Part shown: positions 40,135-53,060 of the stretch, in pieces
Layout of the letters: the number at the start of each line of letters is the position of its first letter
Position numbering within the stretch: the first letter of the stretch is position 1
Source of the DNA: Octopus bimaculoides
Lineage: Eukaryota
Assembly: GCF_001194135.2 (NCBI RefSeq)
Contig: NC_068987.1
Span: 60,062,554-60,126,553, forward strand
Reading direction: 5' to 3'
DNA length: 64,000 nucleotides
Notes under the pieces: generated by a model
What the model was told of the DNA's origin: nothing
The model's database searches: none
What the model saw: only the letters and a program-made list of their open reading frames with translations
Position numbers and translations under genes: made by a program

Positions 40135-40196
<62 letters not shown>

Positions 40197-40254
40197 AAGT
40201 TGCATTCCAGAGGATTATAGATTTTTTTCAGGAGAGGCATTTATTAATTGCAAA

Positions 40255-40860
40255 GGTAGGACTTTCTGAATTCAACATACTTCCATGTGAAGGCCACATG
40301 GAAGTCCTTCAAAGTAAAGGTGGCCAGGACCTTTGACATGGCCTCCTTCATCTCCTTCAGCTTGGAAAATAACCGAAAAATAAATAGGGAGCAAGGTCTG
40401 TATTACAGAGAGGGTGAGGGACAGTTTTGATGCCCATCTCTGGTTTCTAGGGTGGAATTGTGAACTGGTCCATTGTTCTGGTTCATGTAGTCTGGCTTTT
40501 TGTGACGAAATTTCTTTTTGAACTCCGTCAAAACCTCCACAAAGTACTCTTTGATGATCGTCTGATTGGAGGGAACCCAGTAGATGCAGATGATGCCCTT
40601 GCTGCCGAAAAAGGAAACCCTCATCAGCTTCCTCGTGGACTTGTTTTGCCTGGCATCTCGAGCCAGTGACAAACGAGCTGACTCATAGAAATTAATCCAT
40701 AAGTAATCAGAAGCATTTCATAAATTTGTGTAGCATTTTTGTCCAGTTTAACACAAAGCTTTATTGCAAATTGTCTTCACGTACCGACAGCATTCTACAA
40801 ACTAGTCAGTTATGAAATACAATGTTTAGCACGGTGTGTTCACAATGCTGTTACAGCCGT
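40255..40860 (-). mobile_element. Internally deleted mariner relic
   Basis: ARQNKSTRKLMRVSFFGSKGIICIYWVPSNQTIIKEYFVEVLTEFKKKFRHKKP...QNNGPVHNS, then a HPLxxxDLAP-like segment and EMKEAMSKVLATFTLKDFHVAF, typical of the mariner C-terminal half. Confidence 0.85.
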
Positions 40861-41115
40861 ATCATGCAATTGGGAATAAAACAAAGTTGGCAGGTCAGCT
40901 TATTATATGTATGGTAACGTTATACTAAAATTATTATAATTAAGACAGTTGTAAGTGCCTCTTCTCCTCATTCAAAACTTCTGGAATGTACCTTGCATAT
41001 TTATCTATATGTGTGTTACTGTATACATATATGTGTTTATGTATGTACATACGTATGTGTATATATGCATACATATATATATATATGTGTGTGTATGTGT
41101 GTATTATGTGTGTGC

Positions 41116-41160
<45 letters not shown>

Positions 41161-41539
41161 TATNNNNNNNNNNNNNNNNNNNNNNNNNNNNNNNNNNNNN
41201 NNNNNNNNNNNNNNNNNNNNNNNNNNNNNNNNTATATATAGTAACAGAGATCCCCAGTGCTACCAGAATATCACATCAATGTAACTTTAAACGATTTCGC
41301 TATTATTTCTATCAAGATAAGATACCATGTTGAGGCTCCCACAGTGGCCCATACATATACATGAGATGCTTTTCTGTGTAGTAATCACGTATAATGCAGA
41401 AAATATGGGAACTGGCATTCTTATGACGTTACCTTTTTTCAATTTGCTTTGGCACTGATTATATTCGCGGATTCATCTCAGATATTAATGAGAACAATAT
41501 TTCCACGTCTTTGCCGTTAATGACTCCGATTAATAATTA

Positions 41540-41740
41540 TCATCAACGTGTCGGATAAAATGCTTCGTAGGATTTCTTCTGGTTCTTTACATTTTGAGAT
41601 CAAATATCGTCGAGGACAACTTTGCCTTTCATTTTTTTGGGATCGCCGAAACAATTACCAGTTGAGCACTGGGGTCTATGTAATCGACTAGTCCCTTTTC
41701 CACAAAATTTCAGACCTTGTGCTTTCAGAAGAAATAAGAA
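41540..41740 (+). mobile_element. Family B SINE (degenerate)
   Basis: gaggacaactttgcctttcatttttttgggatcgccgaaacaattaccagttgagcactggggtctatgtaatcgac...aaaatttcagaccttgtgc. Confidence 0.75.
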
Positions 41741-43244
41741 TTATTATTATTGTTAATGGCAATGTTTGGCAGAATCTGTAAAGCGCCCAAAACGAAATGC
41801 TTCCTTCATTTTGTTACTTTCACTCGTCGATACTTTAGGAATTAAGACCATCTCAAAGTTGAATTGCTTTTTTATTCTTCTGGAAGTGAAAACATAAGTT
41901 CTACTACAGAAGCTCTAATATTTAATGTTGAGATCCTTGTCATCAAGGAACATATTTAGAGTAATATCATTGTCAGATAAAACCACACTTAGCGTGGTTT
42001 GATAATCCAGGACTCGATTTAATCTACACATACACTCCTTTATGCCAGTATGAGAAAATCTCATTGGAATCATCATATTTGATGTGTATCTAGGTTTTTT
42101 ACGTTTAAGGTTAAATATCATTCAATCCGTTTCGCACGTCCACCGTCTACTTTAATCCAATTATATACACCTGCATGTAACAAAACTAAAACACTGAGCC
42201 AGTATAAAAATATATATAAAAAAATCATCGTTATTATTGATTTGTTCGTGTTGTCATGGTTATTGGAGTTATTCTTATTTGTTAACATCTTTCCTTACAA
42301 CTTAATTTGTATCGCTTGCTGTTTGGTAATATCGAATGTTTACAGACAATTGAAATTATTGGAAAGTTCATATCAAATGAAAGAGATATCAGCAGAGAAA
42401 GTAAGTCAGTAATATAATAATAAAAAATAGTATTTCAATCGATAAAAATGTCTAAAAACAGACGCTGTTTTATCTTTACTGACTACAAATATAGCCATAT
42501 CATTCATTTGAAGTGTATTAGGTGTGACACGTAGAGCAATCAATTCCTAATTCCTAATCAGTCATTAAGGGAAAATGTCTGTGTCTCAGTCAAAACTATG
42601 TATTGTACATACATCGATACTCCCTCTAAGTAGATCTCAAGCCCACACTTTCCTCTGACAGTTTATTATTTTTTAAAGTTATGATAATACTGTGTAGAGT
42701 GCTGCATGTACTCTAGTTACACAAAACAGCAAGATCCTTTGGTTTCTTAAAGCAAATATTGCCATGGATCCTTTGGTTTCTTAAAGATATTGCCATGGAT
42801 ACGGTATATCACAGATTATGAATTATTAGATTCGAAATCCTAGTAACTCAGTAAACTACAATAACTATTTCTCTAATGTACTTCAAATAAATGTACGTAG
42901 ATTATATTATTTAAATATCTTCCTCTTGTTTGTCAATATATCTATATTGAACAGTTTAGTTTTCTGCTCGAAAGATTAAGAACCAATCTTAGTAACGTGT
43001 CAAACAATATATGAACTAATTATGTATTCTCTTATATATTTAATGAACTTACCAGTTTCACTTCGTAGTGTAGTCTGCAATCAATAGACTATTACACTGA
43101 GAAAACATTGACTATCGAACTATGAAAGTAGTTTTAATACACTGCAAATAATTAGAAATGGAAAGTGGTTGAACTGATCGGCTCTTAGATAACAACGAAA
43201 TAGTAGACTGTTTTATTCCATCCTAGGTTCTGCCGTCGTGAGAT

Positions 43245-43550
43245 TTGATAATCGTAGAGGAACGAAAGCAAATAATGTTATCTCACACTAGTAAAAATCC
43301 AATGGAAGGAACATGGTCATTAACCATCTTCTATCGCCTCAATTTTTGCTTTTACCATACGCGATGGTTGTCGTGGTACATATCCCATTCTCTCAGCCGT
43401 CACAGTAGCACTGACTATCATCAAGCACAAGCGGCTAGAGTTTTAGGAAGTCGTCCATAGTTCATCATCTTCTTGTGAGTTGATTCCTATATGATGATCT
43501 CAATGGCGAGCAACTCAATGTCATCGTCCTAAATTCTTTTGGAAAAGAAT
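43245..43550 (-). mobile_element. Possible RTE-like RT relic
   Basis: Minus strand DDDIELLA resembles FADDIxLLA, with downstream weak similarity only; heavily degraded. Confidence 0.25.
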
Positions 43551-43665
43551 GAAAAAATATATCACACAACAGCAAAAAAAGTTAAATTTACTTTTACCGG
43601 GGAAATAAACACATAAAAATACATAAACACACGAAGGGTTTTATATATGTATATGTGGGTGCGTC

Positions 43666-43727
<62 letters not shown>

Positions 43728-44210
43728 NNNNNNNNNNNNNNNNNNNNNNNNNNNNNNNNNNNNNNNNNNNNNNNNNNNNNNNNNNNNNNNNNNNNNNNNN
43801 NNNNNNNNNNNNNNNNNNNNNNNNNNNNNNNNNNNNNNNNNNNNNNNNNNNNNNNNNNNNNNNNNNNNNNNNNNNNNNNNNNNNNNNNNNNNNNNNNNNN
43901 NNNNNNNNNNNNNNNNNNNNNNNNNNNNNNNNNNNNNNNNNNNNNNNNNNNNNNNNNNNNNNNNNNNNNNNNNNNNNNNNNNNNNNNNNNNNNNNNNNNN
44001 NNNNNNNNNNNNNNNNNNNNNNNNNNNNNNNNNNNNNNNNNNNNNNNNNNNNNNNNNNNNNNNNNNNNNNNNNNNNNNNNNNNNNNNNNNNNNNNNNNNN
44101 NNNNNNNNNNNNNNNNNNNNNNNNNNNNNNNNNNNNNNNNNNNNNNNNNNNNNNNNNNNNNNNNNNNATATGGAAAAAAAGGTGTGTATTTTCACACAGG
44201 AAAAAATATA

Positions 44211-44575
44211 GGAGAATTTGTTTTTGAAAATGCACCTGAGTTTGAAAAAAAACTTGTAATTGATTTTAAATAAATTTATTTACGTACATACCTGACGAGT
44301 TTCAACAATATTTTGTTTATCAATGGTATAACCGCACATTAAACAATGAGATATTAACAATTATAATCGCAATGTAGAAAACATTGAATTTTGTGAACGT
44401 TTAATCATTGAAGCAAGTTTTCTACTTCGCAATTGTTAAAATCCCATTCTTTTATATACGTTTATACTATTGATAAAGAATTTTTGAAACTAGTTTGTCA
44501 TCTATGTAAATAAATTTATTTAAAATTAATTATAAGTTTTTCAAATTCAGGCGTATTTTCAAAATCAAATTCTCC
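44211..44575. mobile_element. ~365-bp foldback MITE with TA target duplication
   Basis: TA|ggagaatttgtttttgaaaatgcacctgagtttgaaaaa... and ...tttttcaaattcaggcgtattttcaaaatcaaattctcc|TA; ~70-bp strong TIR, with weaker symmetry continuing inward. Confidence 0.85.
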
Positions 44576-44579
44576 TACA

Positions 44580-44600
44580 TACACACACACACACACACAC

Positions 44601-44665
<65 letters not shown>
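44580..44665 (+). repeat. (CA)n(GATA)n microsatellite
   Basis: Seen directly. Confidence 0.97.
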
Positions 44666-44671
<6 letters not shown>

Positions 44672-44944
44672 GATATATGTGTGTATAAGATAAATACATA
44701 ATACATACATATATATGTATGTATAGCACCTGTAACAAAACACTTGTCACTAAAGAATATTACAGCCTAATAAAGAAAATTTGGATCTTAGAACTCTTTG
44801 CGTTCAATAAAACTGTAGCCCAGAATGTGTTTGCAGTGCCAGCACTGCTTGACTGGACGCTTGATGAGATCTGAGCCACTGATGTAAAAACAAAAAAAAT
44901 ACTAACAAGCACACAATTTCCACATACAGTGATGTAGACTGCCA

Positions 44945-46005
44945 CTACCTAAAACGAAACCAAGGCAGCAGAGGTTTAACATCGATCCAAAATGCCTTTG
45001 AATTTCATGTCATATCCCTTCGGCAACATCTGTTAACCACCAAGTGTCGAAGTGCATCCCTTGACCAATTTTGCATACATAAGTCTGATAACATAAGACT
45101 TGGAAGACAGTTCCTTGAGTAACATTCTTTTTGTCTGATAACTCCAAAAATGTCACCCGACTCATCAGGTGAAAGGATGAGCAACGTATCATCAGGTAAA
45201 AAGATGAGCCTATATGAGCAGAAGACTATGCATGGATATGTTAGTAGAAAGCTCCGCGATGATAGTAACATGGATCATCAAAGCAGTTTATCATGGATCA
45301 ATAGCTGGATTACTACCTCCCACTTTGAAGGGTATATGTTTGCAATCCAGGAACAGGAAATATAAACCAAGAACTTGAAGCACAAAAGGGATAGAGATGC
45401 AAGAATAGCCATTAAATGTGACAATCTATGCAGACTTTGTTGAGTTAACACGAAAGATATCACCCACAACATAAGCAGTTGTCCTGAAACGCTATCACTT
45501 TATTATCTACCGATTAATCATAAGTTGTAGCTAGGACAATCCGTCGGAAGGATGACACCGAGGACAAAGAAATAAGAACCCACAGTATGGAGGAAGCAAT
45601 AGCAACTCATAATAAAAAGGAGTACTGGCGGAATGTCCTAGTGAAGACCTCAATAAAATGTAAGCACAACAGACCTGATATAATGATTTGGGATAGAGAA
45701 GAGACACTGTGTACAATTGTGGAAATTAGCTGTTCAGCAGATGTTAACGTAAAGCTGAAGATCAATAAAAAAGAGAACATCTAGGCTGAACTATTGAGAA
45801 ATCTGCAGTTAGTCTGTCCAGACTACAAGTTTAGGTTTATACTTGTAATTATTGGGGCCCTGATATGTAACACACAATCTAAATACCAATCTGGAGAAAT
45901 TAGGCTTCTCAAAACCAGAAAGGAGAAAGCTAACTCGAAGACTACGGATCCAATCCATCACTCGAACTGAAAAAACTGTAAAACTTTCCAGAAGTTTATC
46001 ATTTA
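44945..46005 (+). mobile_element. 5'-truncated, decayed RLE-type non-LTR retrotransposon (R4/Dong-like)
   Basis: SHFEGYMFAIQEQEI; CRLC..xDITHNISSCP (CCHC knuckle); YWRNVLVKTSIKCKHNRPDIMIWDREETLCTIVEISC (PD-(D/E) endonuclease); FILVIIGAL. Many stops and frameshifts. Confidence 0.85.
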
Positions 46006-46599
46006 AATATATATGAGCATGTTTAGATATGCAACTATATGCATGAGAATACATACATAAAGCAAAGCATACAAACCTGCACATACACATACATACATAC
46101 ATACATACATACATACATACATACATACAAACAAAAACACCTTGTTAATGGTGAAAATCAAGAAAAGAGCCTTAGATCTAAGTTAGAAACTGGCTCCTCT
46201 ATTAACAAGAAATCTTGAAATAAAACTGGACAATGACACAGACACACACATATATTTAAGGTATATTCCATTAGGAATGTAGTAGAGTACGGTATAGAGC
46301 GCGTTTACCCTTAAAATTACCGAATTGCTGGTAGTATTACGATATACTTCTAAGTCTAGATTTGGGCATTCGTCGTGTGTGAAAATAAAATTGAATATAA
46401 TAGAGTCAACCAGAAGCATTACGGTTGGACAGTTATTTTTTAATCCCTACAAATGTTTCGATACAACATAGTTCCTTATATATGCAGGCATTTGAGTATG
46501 GAACCGTTTCCTTGTATAATGGGATCCAATTGTATGTCTTCAGGTGCTCTTTATTATTAATAAGTAGACTGCGCTTGTCCTGTTAGGTCACCAATAAGT

Positions 46600-47101
46600 T
46601 CAACGTACCGGAAAAGCCCCATATCTCGGGAATCCGTGCTCCGATTTACGCAAAACAATTTTCTATTCGGTTTGTATTCACATTTCAGTGATTCCTTACT
46701 TTCAGAGTATTTTCCCATTATGTGCCGGTTTGGCTATTTATAAAGGTACTCGAAAAAAAACCGCGTATCTCGGGAACCTGTGCTCCGATTCACGCAAAAC
46801 TTGTTTTATACCGTTTGTATTCAAGTTTCAATGGTACTTTCAAAGTATTTCCCTATTATGCACCAGTTTGGCTGTATCAAATTACAGAAAAGCGTGCATG
46901 CAAGTAAGCACGCAAACAAAACTATCCANNNNNNNNNNATATCGGGAAGCGGCGGTCCGATTTACGCGAAATTTGTTTTACTCTGTTAGCATTCACATTT
47001 CAGGGGTACCTTACTTTCAGAGTATTTTCCCATTATACACCGTTTTAGCTGTATTAAATTAGAGACAAGCACGCAAGCAGGCAATCACAGACTTTTATAT
47101 A

Positions 47102-47102
<1 letters not shown>
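46600..47102 (+). repeat. Three diverged ~145-170-bp tandem units with a Helitron/HINE-like end
   Basis: Units start tatctcgggaa..gtgctccgatt(t/c)acgcaaaac at 46622, 46766 and ~46940 (a 10-N gap lies between units 2 and 3); ends gcacgcaagcaggcaatcacagacttttatatag. The tandem structure is clear; the Helitron assignment is tentative. Confidence 0.6.
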
Positions 47103-47151
<49 letters not shown>

Positions 47152-47632
47152 AAGCAAGTAGGAATGGAAATGTAATTTTGTACCTAATTAAATCCTTGTC
47201 ATTTAATTTCTTGCTATTACGATAAAGTTAAATATGATAATTAATAGTTCAATAACTTACCTGTAAGTAATTGGGAAATAATAGCAGGAAAGCCAACTCA
47301 GTAAACAGATGCATGATAGTTAAGCATATTAATATAATGATAAAGGAAAATGATTTATTGTATTCACATAAGTATAATCTTTCTGTCTCATTCTCTGTCT
47401 TACTCTCTTTCTTTACATATCTCTTTCTCTCAGTTCACACGCACGCGCACATACACGTGCGCATACAGAACTTATCTTTCCCTCTGCATGTTTCTTTGCC
47501 TCATTCTTCGTTTTCTAGGGATGAAAAGCAAAGTCCCTCGATCTCAGCAGAAATTGAACTCGGAACGTAAAGACGGACGAAAATCCGCTGAGCATTTATT
47601 TTGTCTAGCTCGCTACCTTTGTGTTCAATTTA

Positions 47633-48021
47633 TGTTGTTGTTGTTGGCACTCTGTCGCTTACGACGTCGAGGGTTTCAGTTGATTCAATCAACAAAACAG
47701 CCTGCTCGTGAAATTAACGTGCAAGTGGCTGAGCACTCCACAGACACGTGTACCCTTAACGTAGTTCTCGGGGATATTCAGCGTGACACAGTGTGACAAA
47801 GCTGACCCTTTGAATTACAGGCACAACAGAAACAGAAAGTAAGAGTGAGAGAAAATTGTGGTGAAAGAGTACAACAGGGTTTACCACCATCACCCTGTCG
47901 GAGCCACGTGAAGCTTTGGGCGTTTTCGCTCAATAAACACTCACAACGCCCGGTCTGGGAATCGAAACCGCGATCCTATGACCGCGAGTCCGCTGTCCTA
48001 ACCACTGGGCCATTGTGCCTC
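47633..48021 (-). mobile_element. tRNA(Arg-like)-headed SINE (family C, tail type 2) ending (AAC)n
   Basis: Minus strand gaggcacaatggcccagtggttaggacagcggactcgcggtcataggatcgcggtttcgattcccagaccggg...gtgccaacaacaac. Confidence 0.9.
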
Positions 48022-48053
48022 TTCGGTGTTCAATTTAATACTAGTTCCAAATA

Positions 48054-48395
48054 AAGTGGCGAGCTGGCAGAATCGTTAGCACGCGGAGCATAATGCTTAC
48101 CACAATTTCGTCCGCCTTTACGTTCTGAATTCAAATTCCGCCGAGGTCGACTTTGTCTTTCATCGACTCGAAAGGATAAAATGCAAAGTCGACCTCACTG
48201 GTATTTGAACTCAGAAAGTAAAGATGGACAAAATGTTGGTAAGCATTTTGGCTAGCGTGCTAAAGATTCTGCCAGCTCGGTACCTTATACGATGTTGATT
48301 TCCAAAATTTGTCGAACCCAGTGTGATTTGAGCTCAGAACGTAAAGCCGCTAAACCATTTGTCTGGCGTACTCACAACTCTGTCAACTTGATACC
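48054..48395. mobile_element. Cluster of family B SINE fragments (plus 48054-48165, minus 48165-48285, minus 48320-48395)
   Basis: gtggcgagctggcagaatcgttagcacg...ccgccgaggtcgactttgtctttcatc, then its reverse complement gcaaagtcgacctcactgg...gattctgccagctcg. Confidence 0.85.
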
Positions 48396-49574
48396 TTATA
48401 CAATGTTATAATATTGGAAATATAGTGCCTAATATACAATGTAATTATTACATCTGCATTATATATGTAATAATTAAATTATATATTAAGCACGTCAATG
48501 TATTTTGTAATGCATGTTATCCCTTGGTCTGTGGAGAAATTGTTTCACATGAAACCGGTCTGCGGTGCAAAAAAGTTTGGGGACTGCTGGTCTCGACCAT
48601 CGGTAAGCTGCTTCTTTTGGAGGCATGTCAATACTCCTTCCAGCCTTCGGGAAGCAGAAGTATGCTATTTCCATTTCACTCGCTCTTGAGTTACTACTGA
48701 ACTCGATCCCTGTCTACAACGCCGTTTTGGCGTATAACACTACAATTTGTTTTCTTTTTTGTACCTCTGTTAATGTCGTTTTTTTTTTGTGTGTGCAGGT
48801 TATGATGGTGATGTTAATTATAATAGTGCCACTCGACAGCTCATTGTTGTATAACACCAGAATACGACTGCTCTTGTCAGAAACAATACATTTTAATCTG
48901 CTAAGCTTCGCTGAAAATATTTTCGAATGATGCCGTTTTTTTGGCTTTGTCAAGCAAAGCTGTTAACTGCTGTCACGGCTTTCGTGACTGCTTCTAACTG
49001 CTCCCCCCCTCTTCAAGCAGCAAACATGTTGACATTTTTACTGAAAATATGTTACATTTAATAAAAACAAAACTTTAACCATTAATTGTTAATATTATTT
49101 CAGACAATAATGGAGTATGAAAAAACAAGCATATTTATATGTCTCCTCTAATTAAAGGAAACATGATTTTGCCCGAAAATGTATTAAACAATATTAACAG
49201 TTAACATTTTAAATTTTGGAATTGAACTTGTTTGGCAAGCGACTTGATCTGTGATCGCTTGTTGAGACTAAGGCAATTACGTTGTAGAAGTGTCATTTTT
49301 GAAATTTCAGAAAATCTCGGTGTTCTTTTTTTTTCTTATCTCTTTTTCTTCTCGCTTTATTCTTTTAAAATATTTTTACATCTGTTTTTGCTCAATTTTA
49401 GAACATACGGGTCTATTATATAGTTGTGCTTGACATTTGATAGGGGTTGCCATTAGTGTCACCTTTAGTTTCAATTTTTTGCTTATTTATAATGTTGTAG
49501 TATCATTACTCCAATTGTATTTTGTCTGTAATTCTAATTATAACCCTTTCTACTAAAAAAAAGCACAAGACCCT

Positions 49575-49700
49575 AGAGCTCAGCTGGTATTTATTTTATC
49601 GACCTCGAATGGACGAAAGGCAAGATTTGAACTCAGAACAGAAAGATGGACGAAATGCTAAGCATTTTGTCCGGCGTGCTATCGATTCTGCTAGTGAATG
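49575..49700 (-). mobile_element. Family B SINE 5' part
   Basis: ggcaagatttgaactcagaacagaaagatggacgaaatgctaagcattttgtccggcgtgctatcgattctgc. Confidence 0.85.
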
Positions 49701-49719
49701 ATAATATAACAACGATGAC

Positions 49720-49850
49720 GACGGTAGCGGAGTCGTTTGTAATGGTGCTGGTGATGGCGGTGCTGGTGATGGCAGTGCTGGTGAAAGCACTGGTAGCGGC
49801 GCTGGACGCAGCGGCGGTGCTGGTTTTGGTTGTTGTTGTTGGGGAGGGAT
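49720..49850 (+). repeat. Degenerate GGT/GCT-rich trinucleotide low-complexity tract
   Basis: ggtgctggtgatggcggtgctggtgatggcagtgctggtg... Confidence 0.85.
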
Positions 49851-50354
49851 GAGTGAGGGGGTGAGTAATAATAGGTTTTGCGTTTTATGAGGGATAGTTG
49901 TAACGTAAGTAACGTAAGTAAAATGTCACTGCCGTTTGAAGTAAATCAAAATCTGGTCGTAAACTTGATTTGCACGGTTTCTTTAGTGTTTACTACTATG
50001 GAAACCTTGTAATATAGCCGTTATACTCGGCTATTGATGCCAGCTTCTAAGGGTGGGAAAAAAAGCTCTATTCTAGAGTCTTCCTGCTTCATTTTCCTAG
50101 TAATGTCGTTTCGCTTGACATAATAAATATTGTTTACGCAAGAGTGAATAAGTCCTAGACCCCTCTGTTAGATATATTTAAAATATTACTACAAAGTGTA
50201 TCTTACATTTATCTTTATTTTCACCCTAAAATTTATAATACATTTTACGAGCAATCAAAGTGTATCTCATATGTTAAACTCTCAGTATCAGATTGCATGC
50301 TTTATCTAAACGATTCTGTATATATTCAGCTATAGAATGATCATTTTTAAATCA

Positions 50355-50775
50355 TATTGGTTTCAAATTTTGTCACAAGGCCACCAACTACTTATTTTAT
50401 TGCCCCCGTAAGGCAAAGTCGACCTCAGCGGAATTTGAACTCAGAACGTAAGGACGAAACGAAATGCTACTAAGATTTTGCACGGCGTGCTAATGATTCT
50501 ACCAGCTCGCCGCCTTAATCATATATTATATAACCACTACTAGTAATTTATATAAATGTAAATGCAGAACAATCCTTTCTACTAATGGCACAAGGCCTGA
50601 AGTTTGTGGGGAGGGGACTAGTCGATTACATCGGCCCCAGTGTTTCACTGGTACTTATTTTATCGAGCTCGATAAAATTCCTCAGCGGAATTTGAACTCA
50701 GAACGTAAGGACAGAACGAAATGCCGCCAAGCGTTACGCACGGCGTGCTAACAGTTCTACCAGCTCGCCGCCTTT
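50355..50775 (-). mobile_element. Two tandem family B SINE copies (50355-50517 and 50575-50775)
   Basis: Both carry cctcagcggaatttgaactcagaacgtaaggac...ccagctcgccgcc; the second is flanked by an imperfect TSD aaatg(c/t)agaa(c/t)aat. Confidence 0.9.
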
Positions 50776-52064
50776 TGCAAATGTAGAATAATATTGTTAT
50801 CTTATGTTTTTTAATGTTAGTTTAAATTGTTGCATACAGAAACAGCTGCGTCGGAATTAATAGTAACCTTTTAACAGATCTAATTCTTTCATGCTTTCTT
50901 TGTTGTTATTTCATCAATATTTCCGTTATTGAGGACTCTATTTGTTGTCATAATGAATACAAATCCTTCAGTGATTTGAAATGTGGATTAAAAACGAGAG
51001 ATTTTCATTCAAAGTTCAAATTATTCCGGCAATAGAAGAGACAAACAATATGCGACCGGCACAGCTTGTGAGAAAAGCCTCGGGTGAAAATTTTCGTTGT
51101 GAGAGAAAAATACAAAATAGTAGCGAAGTAACAGCTGCTGACTACTTTTCAAATTTTACTTGTTTCTTTTAACATTTAAATATAAACATCTCAATCAGAA
51201 TTTATTTTCTTAAAATTCCCCCAACAACCAAATGGAGTGGGTAAAAGTCTCTATACATTTGTATGTTAGTATCCTCGTGCCGTCAACAGTAGCGTAAAGT
51301 TATTTTAATTAAGTGCATTGAAAATGATAATAGTATACAAATATTTGCAATTTGTTAATGCTCAATGCAAACATAAAATTAACGTATGTTCAAAATTAAC
51401 GGAAGTTTATTATAACTGGATGTTTACTTCACTTTTATGATGAATAATTTTTTTCGTATCTTGCTAGCAGTCGAGTCGGTGTTTGTCCGTTCGTATTCAT
51501 GAAGCCCGTTAGGAAAATCAACTTGCTAGCAGTTTTTAGCATGATATTAAAATATAGATCGAAAATAAAATATCTATGCCGAATTAATGAGAAATCTACA
51601 CATTCACCATCCAGATATTAGCTTTAAATTTGTAGTAATAATTATTGGAGCATTCAGATACGTAATTAGCTGCCTCGGAACGAATCTTGAGAATCGGGGC
51701 TTCACAAAACTTGAAAGAACACGGCTAATTAGGAAAATAATAATTTGAAAATATTCAAACATTCAATAAATTTAGCATGCTTGATCTGTTTGATATAGAT
51801 ATATAGAGATTTGCGTTCTAATGTATATGCACGCGTAAGTGAAAACAACCTGATAAACGCAAGCAATGATATCAATCTTTACACACAAAGACTTGTGGGC
51901 TGATAATATGTACATTAATACATATACATATTGAATGTATGCATATATTCAATCTTACTTAAACACATATATGCATTCCTACATGCACACAAGCATACAT
52001 ACACACAAATGCATACAATAAGGCTTACACAGGTGCATAGACACAGACAAGTGATATATATATG

Positions 52065-52100
<36 letters not shown>

Positions 52101-52110
52101 NNNNNNNNNN

Positions 52111-52154
<44 letters not shown>

Positions 52155-52790
52155 TCTTCTATGGCTATACTAACACGTGAACATACATAGAAAACGAGTC
52201 CATATGGTCAAGGTTACATAATGCAAAAATCAATCAATTAATCAATTACTTGATCAGTAGGTATTTAAAATATTAATGTCCTTTTTGAAAATGTGGCAGT
52301 AGTTTGCAAACAGCATATGACCAATCTAGACATTTCGGTTCTGTTACACCAGTTAAAAAAATATAATTCTATAACTCCGTAGAAATTACTAACAAATAAA
52401 TAGTTTTTCTCTCTATGGGAAGAAAATAGGATTTTATATCCCCGTAGTTTCCAAGCGCGTTAGAAGTAAAACATAAAACATAATATAATGCCTTTCAATC
52501 GGAAATCAGTGATGCTTAGCTTACTCGACAAGTTGGGGAAATTGTCTTTTCTTCTACAGAGCTTACTACACACTAATACATAAGGCTAAGTAAGATATCC
52601 ATCTTTTCCTTTAAATGTAACAGTTTTCGCGTCGGTCTTCTAAATAGTGTCTATTTGATATGATGTGAATAGGTCCTTAAATGTGGCAAATCTGCTTAAG
52701 CAGACAAGATAGAGGCAAAATGTATTATTTCTTCACCTCTTGAACAGATTCATTATTTAAGGATCATAGACCAGAAATAAAGTAAATTGC

Positions 52791-52840
<50 letters not shown>

Positions 52841-52844
52841 TCTT

Positions 52845-53060
52845 TTACTCTTTACTCATTTACTTGTTTCAGTCATTTGACTGCAGCCATGCTGGAGCAC
52901 CGCCTTTAGTCGAGCAAATCGACCCCAGGACTTATTCTTTGTAAGGTTAGTACTTATTCTATCGGTCGAACCGCTAAGTCTCGGGGTCGTAAACACACCA
53001 GCATCGATTGTCAAGCGATGTTGGGGGGACAAACACAGACACACAAATATATATATACAT
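52845..53060 (-). mobile_element. 3' half of family A SINE
   Basis: ttacttgtttcagtcatttgactgcagccatgctggagcaccgcctttagtcgagcaaatcgaccccagg..., the reverse complement of the family tail. Confidence 0.9.

Noticed and set aside
44291-44310. cctgacgag as a hammerhead core
   Set aside because: No stem II or GAAA follows; it lies within a MITE arm.
49646-49852. Gly/Ala- or Val-rich coding exon
   Set aside because: Degenerate trinucleotide low-complexity tract directly following a SINE; no splice context.
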